DNA of 64,000 nt from Nageia nagi (GCA_050084985.1 JBITNC010000001.1:170996001-171060000), one strand, 5' to 3'; counted from the stretch's first letter, positions 1 to 14,064 are shown. Notes: generated by a model not told the origin, from the sequence alone. Made by a program: numbers and translations.

Positions 1-509
1 CTAGCCAAGATCGAGATCCTAACCCCATGTTAAAAAAAACTAAGTTCCACTTTTTCCTCCAAAGTTGGCCTCAACTTCTTGCACTTACCCTTTGGAAGAT
101 ATGAAGTGTAATAATAATCAATTATATCCAATAATGAGGCTCCAATGTATCTTTATGCACTTTCTCTATCTGGATCCCACCTAAGAGTCATCACCTGGCT
201 CCTTTTATCCAATGTTAGCCTCATGGGGGCTTGGAATACCCAACATGGGTGCCTAAGGATTAGGCATACCAACATGGGGGCCTAATGTGTATTAAGTGCC
301 AACATGGGAGTTTAGGAGTGCCACACATGTCCACATGTATTAAGGGAAAAAATGTGGGATCTTGGTATCATGCTGGACCAATGTGGGGGTATGGAAAACT
401 CCTCAATACTAGCACATGCATATAAGTGTCTATCTAGTCATCTAAGTGCAATAATAGACCTTGGGTTTCCCACAATCATGATCAAGATCTCCAAGTGCAA
501 TAATAACAC

Positions 510-3500
510 CTAATTTAAGCTTTAGAGGAAGACTATCATAGTACAAATCCACTCTATATTTCCCTTGGTGTGTTTTATTTTGGTTTAAGTGTGAAATGAG
601 AGATTGACTCTATATTATAAAATGCTTACTATGCTTTTATTTGTTAAAATTATGAAATCCTAGATAAAGATAATGATTACTTATCCTACCTATATGTACA
701 TGTTACTATTGCGGGTGGTTTTTGTGATGTGTAGGTGATAGGTAATAGAATGCGAGATGCTCTTGAATGGTTTGAAAATAAATGATTACTAGTGAATCTC
801 ATATATAAGATCAAGACACTAGGACAACTAGATAAGTGGTTGCATACATACATAGCAGCATGGACCAAGATAAGCTCACTAGGATTGTTAATATGTGTTT
901 ATGATTGCCTAGTTGTGCTCTTAATTTAAAGTTGAAAATATATACATTAAAGGATTGCCAAGGATGTTAGTATTTTATCTTGGGATCCCTAATAATTAAT
1001 ATTAATGGGTAAAGATAATTAAGGGAACTAACGAGATAGGAAAAAGGTAGAGCTTAATTATTTAAATAGATAAGTATTTTGTAAGAATATATGTATGTAT
1101 TACTTCTTAATTATTAATTAAGGTTAATTAATAATTAAGAATAGTAATCCATAAACTTTAAATATTATTATTGGATTAAAATAAATAAGCTAAATGAGTT
1201 GTGATTGGTTGATTGAAAAAGGCTAGAGTTAACTAAGCTTTTAATATATTATTTGTAATTAAATAATATTTATTATGCCTATTTTGCATGAGTTGTCACA
1301 ATTTTAACTTGTTGTGTCCTAGTTGGAAATTAAATGTGCCAATTCTAGTTGAGGTGTGCTAGTGGAACTTAGTTCTCTAGAGTATTGATTGTTGACTAAG
1401 TGGGAAGATATTTTTCACTTAGAAATTAATTTCCACTCACTTGAGTTTAAGTGGTGTTGTCACTCTAAGTTATTTTCTACCATGAAAATCAAATAATTAA
1501 TTATTTAATTAGCTTAGCCCTAGTTGTAAAGTTATGAATAGAACCTTAGAGTTGAGCTTTTGGGATTCATCCTTATTTTTCCTATTTTTGGAGTAGCAAA
1601 GTTTTGTAATTTTGGAGAAAGAGATCCTTCTACAATTACAAGAATTTATTAAGGTTTGCCTTTGATTGTTATATTCATTTGAAAAGCTTGAAATGATTAT
1701 TTTTATCAATAGGTAATTGATAGATTTTAATCTCTCATTTTTTATTTATTTACTTACAAGTATTCTTTTTTTTACCTACTTGTGTTATTTAAATATGATT
1801 GGTTGGGAATGTAGCTTAACTTTATTCTAGAATATTCCCTTTAGAAGCTTAGAGGATTTGAAATTTGTGTACAAATTTGGTATGTGGTTTTATTATAGGC
1901 TTTTAAAGTTTAAAACCCCCATTAATACCTTTGGTTTGGGTACATAAATATTTAGAGATAATATTTATGTTATTAATATATTAGAAGTTTCTCTTATACC
2001 TTCTTATTTGTAAATTCTTCATTATTTTTAAATCTGCCTTGAAAACTATGAGAAGAATATTCCTCTAGGTCCTTATAGGTATAATAATCTATGCATGGGA
2101 TTTTATAGGCTATACATAGGGTTCAAGGGCCATATTGGCCAATGTATAGGAGTAAAGGGGTTTGGGCGATCCACATGGGTCTTAGAGCTCTCACAAGCCA
2201 ATGGGAGGCCCTTGACCCCCTCTCCGTAGCTGTCACTCCTAAAAGGGAGCCTTGGGGAGATGTGAGGTCATGGGAGCCCATGTCATCTCCCAAGACCTCC
2301 CATAGTCCTTCCTTGTGGTATGTGGTACGTTGGGATTCATGTAGGGGGATTTGACCTTCTTCTTTGGGTTTATTTACCTCATTTTTGATGTAGCCTTGGT
2401 TGGGGTTTTCTGTCTTATTTTATAATTTTTAAAATAGGTTTTGATATTTTAAAAATTAGGATTAAGAATTATTATTTTTAAATATTGAATTATGCTTATC
2501 TAGTTTTATTTTCAATGGTTTTTTTTTTTTTTAAAGAAAGAGATTTAATTCTGTGGTTTTGTTTAAATACTTACATAGAGTTAATATTGAATGTTTATTA
2601 TTATTATTATTTTAAATATATAGTTAAGTTATTTTTTAAATAGAGTTTTAAGAATATTTTGAAATATAGTCTTGGCTATTTTAAAATGTTTAATTATTAT
2701 AAAAATATAGATAGATATTTTTAAAATAGAGTTTTTTTATTATTTTAAATTATAGGTTGATAGTTCAAAATGGAGGAAATTAGTATTTTAGGATATAGTT
2801 AAAATATTCTAAAATAGAGTCATTATATTATTTTTTAAAATGAGTTGCATTTTTAAAATAGAGCTTAATACATAGAGTTGTTGGAATGTTTCTTTAAAAT
2901 GGAAAGCATGTAGTTGCATTTTAGAGGAAACCTAAGACTGTATATGATCCAATCATTCTTGAGCTACCATTCAACCTAAGGAGCAAAGCCTTGTTCATAG
3001 TGTAGGAAAGGAGTCTGATAAATTCTTACTATGGGATTTTAATATATTGTACTTACTATTCGATTTGTGAAAATAAATAGAAAGGCTATTGTTGTTCTTG
3101 TAAAAATATTTGAAAAAAATTATTACTCCTTTCTTTGGATGATTGTATTATTAATGATTACTGTACAAGTTGATATTTTTGGGATTTGAAAAAGATTAGT
3201 CCTTAAAAAGTTAAGTGTTATTCTTTTATTAAAGAGTAGTTTAGTAAATGAATTAACTTGCTTAAATGTGATGTTGCTTCATATTACTTGATACTTTATG
3301 GAAAATGATGCTTACATGATTTGAAAAGTTCATATCATATGATGATGCTAGGACCTAACTCCCTTTCCTATAGGTGTGAATAGAGCTAGTATAATGCCCC
3401 TTAATTGGAAAAAAATATTCTTAAATCATGGTGGTTTATTTTTTAATGTTTAAACCTAAGTATAGACCTAGCCCTAAAATTTGACTAAATCATGATTATT

Positions 3501-6500
3501 CATTTAGGGGATATTGATTTATCTTAAAGCAAGTTAGGCTAAGATAAATTATGAAATCCTCATGGTTGAATGGACCTCAAAGTATTAAATTGCCTTGATA
3601 TAATGATGGTGGGAAATATGAGAAGGTATGGGAAATATAAGAAGGTATATTGTATCATCAGGAAATCACTATGTTAAATAAAACATGCAAAGGCAAGCCA
3701 TGTGAGGTTATTTAATGGGTTAAGTTAAAAATAAGAAATGGTATAAAGTTAATGAAGAGTCTAGAATCATGTGTGACTTAGCTTTGAACAATACTAGTAA
3801 TATTATGAACAATAATTCATAGAGTTCTTAAGCAACTTTCAAACACATTTGAAATATATTTCATTTAAATTACTTATTTTATTTACTTAGAGGGAAAAAA
3901 ATTTGTACTCACCTCTCGAGTGTATGGGATGTGTGTTAAAGTGATGACCCTAAGTGTTTATGCTGAAATAGGGTTATTTAAATGGAATCAATTCTGAATG
4001 TGTTTGGAAGCTACTTGATAACTATGTGAATTATTTTTCATAATATTACTAGTATTGTTCCAAGCTAAGTCATACATGATTCTATACTCTTCACTGACTT
4101 TATACCATTTCTCGTTATTTAAATTAACCTGTTAAATAACTTCACATGGCTTGCCTTTGCATGTTTTATTACACATAGTGACTTCCTGATGGTACCACAT
4201 ACCTTCTCGTATATCCCACCATCATCATATCAAGGTAATTTAATAATCTAAGGTCCATTCAACCATAAGGATTTCTCAATTTATCTTAGCCTAACTCACT
4301 TGAAGATAAATCAACATCCCCTAAATGAATAACCATGCTTTACTTAGAATTTTGGGCTAGGTCTACACTTAGGTTTAAACATCAAAAGAAAAACCCTCCA
4401 TGACTTAAGAACAAATCATTCCCAAATAAGAGATATTATACTAGCTCTATTCACACCTATAGGCAAGGGAGTTAGGTCCTAGAATCATCATACAATTTGA
4501 ACTTTTCAAATCAAGTAAGCATCATTTTTCATAAATTACAACGCAACATCATATTTAAACAAGTTAATTCATTTACTAAACTACTCTTTACTAAAATAAT
4601 AACACTTAACTTTTTAAGGACTAACCTTTCACAAAACCCAAAGATATCAACTTCGTACAATAATCATTATTAATACAATCATCCTAAAAAGGGAGTAATA
4701 ATTCTTTTCCAAGTCCTTATACAAGAATAACAATAGCCTTGATATTTATTTCTAAAATCAATTAGCAAGTATAATACATTTAGAATCCATAGAAAGAATT
4801 TATCAAACTCCTTTCCCACACAACGAATAGGCCTTCATTTCTTAGGTTGAACGGTAGCTCAAGAATGGTTGGATCAGATACAGTCTTGGGATTCCTCTTA
4901 AATGCAACTACATAATTTTTAATTTTAACGAAACATTCCAACAACTCTAATAACTCTAATTTAAAATGCCAACTCACATTTTAAAACAATAATCAACTTT
5001 ATTCTAATATATGATAATTATACCTTAAAATAATCGACATCTTTAGTTTAAAACATCAATTCCCATTTTAAAATAAATCAAAAACTATATTTTAAAATAT
5101 CTACCCTATTTTAAAATAATCAAATAAGCTCTATTTTAGAATATAATAGTAATATCCTAAATAATCTAAAATCATATTTCAAAATACTACCCTATTTTAA
5201 AATAATTAAATAAACTATATTTTAGAATGTAATAGTAATATTCTAAAATAATCCAAAATCATAGTTCAAAATACTACCCTATATTAAAATAATCAAATAA
5301 ACTCTATTTTAGAATATGATAGTAATATCCTAAAATAATCCAAAATCATATTTCAAAATACTACCATATTTTAAAATAATCAAATAAACTCTATTTTAGA
5401 ATATAATAGTAATATCCTAAAATAATAAAATGATAATGACTTTAAAAATATCAAACTTTAATAAAGTAATGTCTTAGAAATAACAATAATTTACAATAAA
5501 ACTTCATAGCTTATTTTTAAAATATTCAACTAATTCTAAAAATAAAAAAAACAACCTACTCTTAAATTTTAAGAGTTAACAAATAAATCATATACAATCC
5601 ACCATTTACCCATAACCTACAATAAGGCTCCTTGGGCAATACACAGGATAAACTAGAGACTTAAATAAAACATAGGCTTCCAAAATTGGACAAAGCCTAA
5701 AAAATCACAAGTCTTCCTTTAAATATTTTACTTACAAATAGTAGTCCTCATTTTAATCCAAAATATAGAGATCTAAAAATCCCAAAATAAATCTTAGAAC
5801 CTGAGCCTCAAAATAAAAATCCATCACCCATTTTTATTTTAAAACCCAAAATTCTACAACACCTAAAAATGGTAAACCCCAATTTTAAAATATTACTATA
5901 CTATTTTAAAATATCTATTTTATTTTAAAATAACTATATCCATTTCAAAACTTGAAGAACTAAATAATAATTTCATATAATTTTTATTTAAATAAAACTT
6001 ATTTAAATAGAAATAAATCCAATATTATTGTCCTTTAAAACCCACATTAAAATACAAATTTTAAAACATTTTAGAATAACTACAATAAATAAGTTTATCA
6101 TAAATTCCAAAATCTAATTTAGAAAACCTTACCATATGTTTTAAAATTTTGTACTAAATTTTTAAATACATATATAAAATAATTTTCAAGACCCCCAAAG
6201 GGATGCAAATCACTTGAAGCACTTAACCCGACAAAAGAGGGTCAAATCTCCCCATGCTTCTCAAGGTGCCACATACCACAAGGAAGGATTGTGGGAGGTC
6301 TTGGGAGATGACGTGGGCTCCCATGGTCTCATGTCTCCCCAAGGCTCCTTTTAAGGAGTGATGACTAAGGAGAGGAGGCTAGGGGCCTTGGCTTGGGAGA
6401 GCCCCAAGACCCACATGGGTCCCTCAAACCCCTTTATTAAAAAAATCCTCCTATAAACATTCTTAAATTGGGAATCCTATACATAGGTAATTGGACCTAT

Positions 6501-8085
6501 AAGCACCTAGAGGAATATTCTTCTCACAGTTTTCAGGGCAAATTTAAAACCAATGGAGAATTTACAAATGAGGAGGTATAAGAGGAACTTCTAATATATT
6601 AATAACATAAATATTATCTATAAATATTTATGTACCCAAACCAAAGGTATTCATAGGGGTTTTAAACTTTTAAAGCCTATTTTAAAAATCATAAAACCAC
6701 ATACCAAATCTGTACACAGATTTCAAACTTCTAAGCTTCTAAAGGGAATATTCTAGCATAAGGTTAAGCTACATTCCCAATCAATCATATTAAAATAACA
6801 CAAGTAGGTAAAAAAAAGAATACTTGTAGGTAAATAAATAAAAACCAGAGATTGGAATCTATCAATTACCTATTGATAAAAATAATCAACTAAAGCTCTT
6901 CAAATAAATATAACAATAAGAGGCAAACCTCAATAAATTCTCACAATTGTAGAAGGATTTTTTTCTCCAAAATTGTAGAACTTTACTACTCCAAAAATAG
7001 GAAATATAAGGATGAATGCCAAAGCTCAACTTTAGGGCTCTATTTATAGCTTTTCAACTAGGAGTAGGCTAATTAAATAATTAATTATTTAATTTGCATG
7101 GTAGAAAAGAACTTGGAGTGACAACACCACTTAAACTCAAGTGAGTGAAAGTTAATTCCTAAGTGGAGAATATCTTCCCACTTAGTCATCAATCAACACT
7201 CCAAAGAACTAAGTTTCATTAGTACACCTAAAATAGAACTGGCACACCTAATTTGCAACTAGAACACAAGCTAAAATTGTGACATCTAATGCAAAATAAG
7301 TATAATAAATATTATTTAATTACAAATAATATCTTAAATGCTTAGTTAACTCTAGTATTTTTCAATCAACCAATCACAACTCATTTAGCTTATTTATTTT
7401 AAGTTAAATAATAATATTTAAAATTTTAAGGATTACTATTCTTAATTATTAATTAACCTTAATTAATAATTAAGAAGTAATACATACATATTCTCACAAA
7501 ATACTTAATTATCTATTTAAATAATTAAGCTCTACCTTTTTCCTGCCTAGTTAGTTCTCTTAATTATTTTTACCCATTAATATTAATTATTAGGGGTCCC
7601 AAGATAATTATACTAAAATCCTTGGCAATCCTCTAAGGCATATAAATATTTTCAACTAAAATTTAAGAACACAACTAAGCAATCATAAACACACATTAAC
7701 AATCCTAGGGAGATTATCTTGCCCCATGCTGCTATGTATGTATGCAACCATTTACCCAGTTGTCCTAATGTCTCGATCTTATATATGATCATGAGAATCA
7801 CTGGTAATCATTCATTTCCAAACCATTCAAGAGCATGCCACCTTCTATTACCTGTCATCTACATATCATAAAACCACTTCCAACAATAACATGTACATAT
7901 AGGTAGGATAGGTAATCATTATCCTTATTTAGGATTTCATAACTTTAACAAATAAAAACATGTCAAATATTTTATTGAAATAATATACAGTCAGTGTCTC
8001 ATTTTACACTTAAACTAAAACAAAACACATCAATTGAAATCTACATTGGATTTGGCTTGCGACATCCTCCTCCACTTAGATTAAC
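510..8085. repeat. Giant inverted repeat (foldback): arm 1 ~510-3890, spacer ~55-80 bp, arm 2 ~3950-8085
   Basis: Colinear reverse-complement matches along the arms: 545-960 vs 7620-8053, 1081-1200 vs 7378-7500, 2160-2370 vs 6230-6430, 3660-3870 vs 3975-4190. Identity is roughly 85-92% by eye, with arm-specific indels. Confidence 0.95.
5101..5430 (+). repeat. 86-87 bp tandem repeat, ~3.8 copies, within arm 2 of the inverted repeat
   Basis: The unit ctaccctattttaaaataatcaaataa...tcatatttcaaaata starts at 5101, 5187, 5274 and 5361. Confidence 0.95.
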
Positions 8086-8221
8086 ATAATGGGTTCCATG
8101 GACCCATTAAGTCTTCTATCCCAAGTTACAAACATGAAAATACAATGCATTAATAAAATATATTATAAGAGGAACCTATTATATTACAAGATTAATTACA
8201 ACTTTGCAAGGGGACATCACA

Positions 8222-11200
8222 ATGTCTCATTAATGAGGTGTAAATATGCCTTTGTATCAATATTACATCAATAATTAACATCTTCTCTAAATTATCTTAA
8301 CTAAATGCAAATAAACCTAGTATAGGACCCAACGTCCCATAATTGGAATACTTATTTATTTATTTCAAGTATCCAAGTGGAACTTACATTAAAGGGTTGT
8401 TATTATAATAAAATTCAAAAATACTTTCTAACTAAATATAAATCACTCCTAGATAAACTAAATTTCCTTTGCGCATCCTTATAGATTAAACATCACTCCT
8501 AGAGAAGTGAGAATTATGAATCCACAAGCGAGTGATATTGCGAATATGGTTGGACGGGTAAACTTTAAAATGCCATAACTTTCTCTTTTCTTCTCTTTAG
8601 TGGTTTGAGGTTGACTTGCATATGAATTTGAAATATTAATGTTTCAAGTCCAATTTGTGGGACCCATCTTCATAATTACTAAATGGAAAAAATAAAATGT
8701 AACCTTCTTCTTTAAGTAGAGATAAGTAATACTCAATTTTATAAGATTAATGTCAACCCTCTATCATTATAAAATACCAAAAACATAGATATATTTAAAT
8801 TCTACATAAAAATATCCTTCCAACAATGTAAAGAACATGAAAAATTGAGTTACAATGAAAAAATTATGGTTATTTTAGTATCATATTATTTTTCCTTCTA
8901 TGTTTGTAAATTAGGTCAATAATAGGTGACCATGCCCTACTAATCTCAATACCTTGGTCTCTATTAATATTATTAGGGTTAAGTTTAATTTCAATAGCTT
9001 CTCTAATTTTTCATCCTTAGAATTTATTGCATATAACTAGGACTTCAATCTTATTGAAAATAGGTAGTGTAACTTATCAAAATGATTAGCATGAGATTCT
9101 CTATCCATTCCAAGTGGTGAATTTGTAATTCTTGTCTTGTTGGGGATGAAATCCCCTCAAGATTGGAAATCAGTTGGAAATTCAAAATTGGGGACATTAC
9201 GATATTGCCCCACCAAAATTGCTTGTCATCAAGCAATGTTAATATTTTTTTTATCATCCTTTGTGTTGAACCTAACTATGATTCATGGGTCCCATGTCAA
9301 TGTTGTGAGTATGGTTCTGCCATGTCCTTGTTGTGTTACCTCCACCAAAGATTCATTGTGCCCACATTGTGCTTTCTCTTTATTTGAATCCCCGATTGAG
9401 GATGCTATGAAATCATCAATATTCTTATGTAATGCACATTCTTTCCATGTCAACTGTTTTGCATTTCCTCCTTTATTCTTGTGCCTTTTCCTCCATGTCC
9501 TCATGGTGTCCATAATGCAAATTTGGATAGAGATGGTTGCTAAATATTATGAAGATACCTTTCTTAGTCTGAATCTTGTTAAAGCTATTTCTTTGGGCAT
9601 GTTGTCATGTCTAGTAGTCCACAAACATGTCCCAATTGATATTGATGTTTGTCAAAGTATCTTTGAGTTGTTTCCATGATTCCTCTTGCTCCCTCGTGTT
9701 GCCAAACTTAGTATGGGAAGATCTAATGTAGTGCTTATTAGATATGATTGTTCATGAAAAATAATGGAATGGATACTCCCAACCAAATTATTTCCTTTCC
9801 TAAACACCTTTAATTTGCTTTCAGATTGTTCTAAAACTTTCTTATTCCTCTAAATTGAGGAAAAATAGGTCTAATACAACTTCTCTCAATTCTAGATATG
9901 TAAAAACAATGATGAAAAAATTGCTCCAAATTGAGTGGTTTTCTTGTGTGATTGCTTGCGAATCATTTCCCAACTGCCCAAAACCATTTTGAATATTTAG
10001 ACTGAGTGTAGAGAGGTCTTTGATGCTTTTATCAGGTCTAATATGTCTTTAATCAGGTCAAATTTTATGCCTATAGTCTTCAAATACGACCTTCCAAACC
10101 TTTCCAAATTAACCATGAACACTACTTCCTTATTTTTGAAGTGTGCAAATATTATCACTCATGTAATTATGTGAATTGGATGATCTTGTTTATCATACCA
10201 TGCATTTAAAAATGAAATACTATTGTTATTAATTTCATAATGAAGTTCATACCTTGTGAGAGTCATATTAAGATTATTCCATGTCACCTCATCAAAATTG
10301 GCTAAATTTGTGTTGTCTATTCCTTCATTTCCAACATACATAGGTGCAATGGGAAATAATTACCATGAAATGATAATAAAATAACAATATAATGGTCGAT
10401 ATGTAATTGTATTCAAATAATGGAAGTGAAGAGAACATAATTACAAAGATTAACTAAAGAAGATCTAGTAGCAATGTTATATTAATATGAGGGTAATGTC
10501 AACACCCCTCAAATAGCTAGTTGTCAACTTGGGTTGCGCCAAGCCTCAAGTGTGTGCCCACATAAGTCCTGTGATGCACCCCTTTATAGGTACCTCACTT
10601 CGAAGAATGGAATCAAGGAAGAGAAATTCCCAAACCAAGAATAAGAAGTCATAGTAATAATCGAATGCATTTTATCTTCCCAGAGTCCTCCTTTTATAGT
10701 GAGAGGTAGCTTCATCTCTAATCATGCATTGGGATTGATGTAATCTCATCCAATGGTGTCAAGGGGTGATTCGTATGCTTTCATATCCCATGCATAAGAT
10801 CGAGGTGCCTTGAGATGGGAGTAATCATATCCAAGGGCCAAGAATGCCAAAGTTGGGTTGTGTAGGACTTCCATGTGCCTAGGGATGCCAAATTACAAGA
10901 TCTAAGGGCTTAGATATGCAACATCTCATTAATGAGGCTAATATTGCATTTACAATCATAAATATGCTTTGGTATCAGTATTACATCAATAATTGGCATC
11001 TCAGCTAAATAATCCTAACTAAATGCAAATAAACCTACTCTAGGACCCAACGTCCCATAATTGGAATACTTATTTATTTATTTCAAGTATCCAAGTGGAA
11101 ATTACATTAAAGGGTTGTTATTATAATAAAATTCAAAAATACTTTCTAAGTAAATATAAATCACGCCTAGATAAACTAAATTGCCTTTGCTCATCCCTAT

Positions 11201-11458
11201 AGGATGAATGTGACTCCTAAAGGAATGAGAATTATGAATCCATGCATGCATGATATTGCAAATATGGCTGAATGGGTGAGCTTTCAAATACCATAGCTTC
11301 CTTGTTTCTTACCGAAAATAGGTCATGTAACCGATCAAAATGGTTGGCATGAGATTCTCTATCCATTCCAAGTGATGAATTTGCAATGCCTGACTTGTGG
11401 GGGATGGAATCCTCTCAAGATTGGAAATGAGTTGAAAATTCAAAATTGGGACATAACA
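8222..11458 (-). mobile_element. Non-autonomous Ty3/gypsy-type LTR element with two LTR copies and a ~1.3 kb non-coding interior
   Basis: Direct repeats 8222-8585/9055-9201 vs 10921-11458. Minus-strand LTR starts are (c)gtaatgtcccc at 9201 and tgttatgtccc at 11458. A PPT-like ttgatgacaagcaattttggtggggc (LDDKQF-type terminus) lies just before 9201 on the minus strand. The left LTR is truncated at 8222 and has ~470 bp extra. Confidence 0.75.
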
Positions 11459-14064
11459 AGAAAATCATAACATTGAAGGCTAAGTTGGCAAGGAAATATC
11501 TCTACATTGCAAAATTGACTTCACAGGGGGAAGCAAATAATGTCCTTTGCCAACAAAAACATTGTGATGTTTCTCTTGACCAACTCTAACAATTTGGATA
11601 ACCCTTTTCATTTATTTCATATGTGCCAAATGAGGTACCACCATCCACCACCTTAGCATTTGACACCGCAACACCTTCAGCTCCCTTTATGGTTCAAACA
11701 TTTGTTGAATCATATTTTGAGGATGCACTATGCTCCATTTTATGGAGCAACATCATGAGCAGCTTGATTCCTATGAAGCAACATCATGATCTCAATTATG
11801 GAGCAGCAATGGTCCATCCAGAATTAGCGTATGAAGTTCAAGTAGAGATCTAGATCTTCAAGCTGCAGTAGTATAAGTTGGTCATTCTATTGTTGTGGGA
11901 AGGACCATACCAGCTTAAAAACATAGTATGAGAGGTAGCTAACTTGATGGTAGTCGTTGTGGACGAAAACTAGAATGCTGGTGGTCACATGGATGAAAAC
12001 CAATCAAGTTAGCAGCCAAGATGTAATACTCCATCAAAGAACTGAGCTCATTCTCCAAAGCATGAAGTCTTGGCGATAATAGGTATGCATTTATTTTCTA
12101 ATCTAGAATTAGTTAGTGAATATAAGTATGTATATATTGTTTACCAAGTATCCTTTCCCCACAACCACAACATCAATAGAAATCAGAAGAAAATTTGATG
12201 AATTTTCACATGAACATTTCTGCTGCCATTTTACTACGGTCTTGAGAAGAAAGTGCACACTGATATTAGAAAGCAGGACATACTGGATATGTTTTGGGTC
12301 CTATGTTGACAAGTTATTTTGCAATAACTAAAATCCTCATCTATCTAAAACTTCTTGGTCAAATATAGAACATTGTTAGGGGATCACATTGTGTATCAAA
12401 GTTTTCGAAGGGCTCCAAAGTTTACATCAACTTCACAGCTTATATAAGGTTTGGAGGAGCTTTTGACTTTTAAATTGTTCATCACACATTGGAGCCAGTG
12501 AGCAAGGTTTTTGAACATCCTCTAAAAGGATTTGTTTAAAGGCAGATGAATCAATGGTGAAAGTTATACTTTTCTTGATTAATGAGGGTCTTGTGTTGAA
12601 AGTGTACAGCCAAGAGAATAAAGAATGTAGCTTATTGCAGACCTGTATTAATATAGTGTAATGAAGATAATTGTCTTGGCAGTGTAGTGCACTTGGTAAT
12701 TGCAGCCTCTGTATTTCATATATTGCTTGATCTCTCTTCATTTTCCTTTAATGTTTCTTTCTCCATGAGAACATGCAAATAATCAAGTGTGGGGGAGGAG
12801 TTATTCCTATTTACTTGCAGAGAAGTGTTAAGTATTCAGATGTTATCAGATTTTGGCATATGATAGATGACATGTTTTTTGTCTGTTGAGTATCTACTGC
12901 ATACTGTGAAGAATGCATAAGTACAATGAGAAATGCTTGACAACGCACTATGACAGTTTTTGATTACTGAACATCATTTACGGACGTGCAGGAAGCATAA
13001 TACATGATATGGTGTTATCACATAATAAAATTTTGGATCTCATATGTGCATACAGGTTCAAAATGGGATAGCAGTATTATTGATTTTTGTTGATAGGGTT
13101 CCATTTTTGAGATTGATAGCAGATTGCGGTGGTCAGTTTGTTAATGTGTTGATTGGAGTCTATCACAAGCATGTGATGGCCTTCAATTTGCTTCATCAAA
13201 TTCTGAATATAATTTATGTGTAGTACATGAGTGGACAACAATGTTCATTGAGAGAAATGACTACTACCAATAAAAATGAATTTATGAGTATTGTTGAAAG
13301 AATGGTTGCTGCTACTGTGTATTGTCTTGTTTTTTCTCATAGGATGTATGATGTCTCTACATGCCGAGTGATGAAGAGTAACTCCAGTCATGGTAAATTT
13401 AATTCATGAAGACAATCTTACATTCCTTTCCATGATAGGTAGAAATGATCCCTGCAGATTAACTATGAAGGAAGCTGAATATACGTCAAGATGTTGTTGT
13501 CAAGATTGCAAATGAACTAAGCATTTCTTACTGCATATTCTCAGTTTGTGCAACCAGTCTTTTAACAAACTTTACATATTTTCAATGCCTTGGTTAGTTT
13601 GATAAAGCTCCATGGAAGCTCCACTTTGATTATATGGAAGGTCCTCTAAAGAAGTCTGTGAGATCTTCTTACAAGAGGCAAAGGCCATGTGTGGAATATA
13701 CACTATACAGAATATACAATAGCATGAAGGCATTGATTTGTTTGGTATAATGTCTGATCAAGTAGAACACTGTATTAAAAAGGGTCCCTGAATTGTTTTC
13801 TGCAATACAGATCTGCTGGGAAACATAAAGAGGAAGGTGCATATGAATTTGTTGTAAGCAAGTGTCTATTACATGCTCCTATTTCTTTTAGCAGAATGGT
13901 GATAAGATTGCATGATTTTAAGGCCCGTTTCATCAAAGGGTGGACAAGCTTGTGTAAGGCTGTGTGTTTCAAGATTTATGGAGTCAAAAATATACATCGG
14001 ATCCAAAGAGTCCATGATTAATACGAATAAAGGTTTGGATCAGAAGAAATGTACATGAGGAAAC

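Noticed and set aside
240-320. ccaacatggg ~30-bp repeats at the window start
   Set aside because: A short degenerate repeat within an unclassified element cut by the window edge. Nothing further is supportable.
510-8085. Palindrome as a fold-back read or assembly artefact
   Set aside because: The arms differ by ~10-15% with arm-specific duplications and large indels, unlike a chimeric read. Read-level confirmation is still advisable.
9137-9679. 180-aa ORF as a gene
   Set aside because: It has a non-ATG start, overlaps an LTR/PPT antisense to the element, and shows no recognisable domain.
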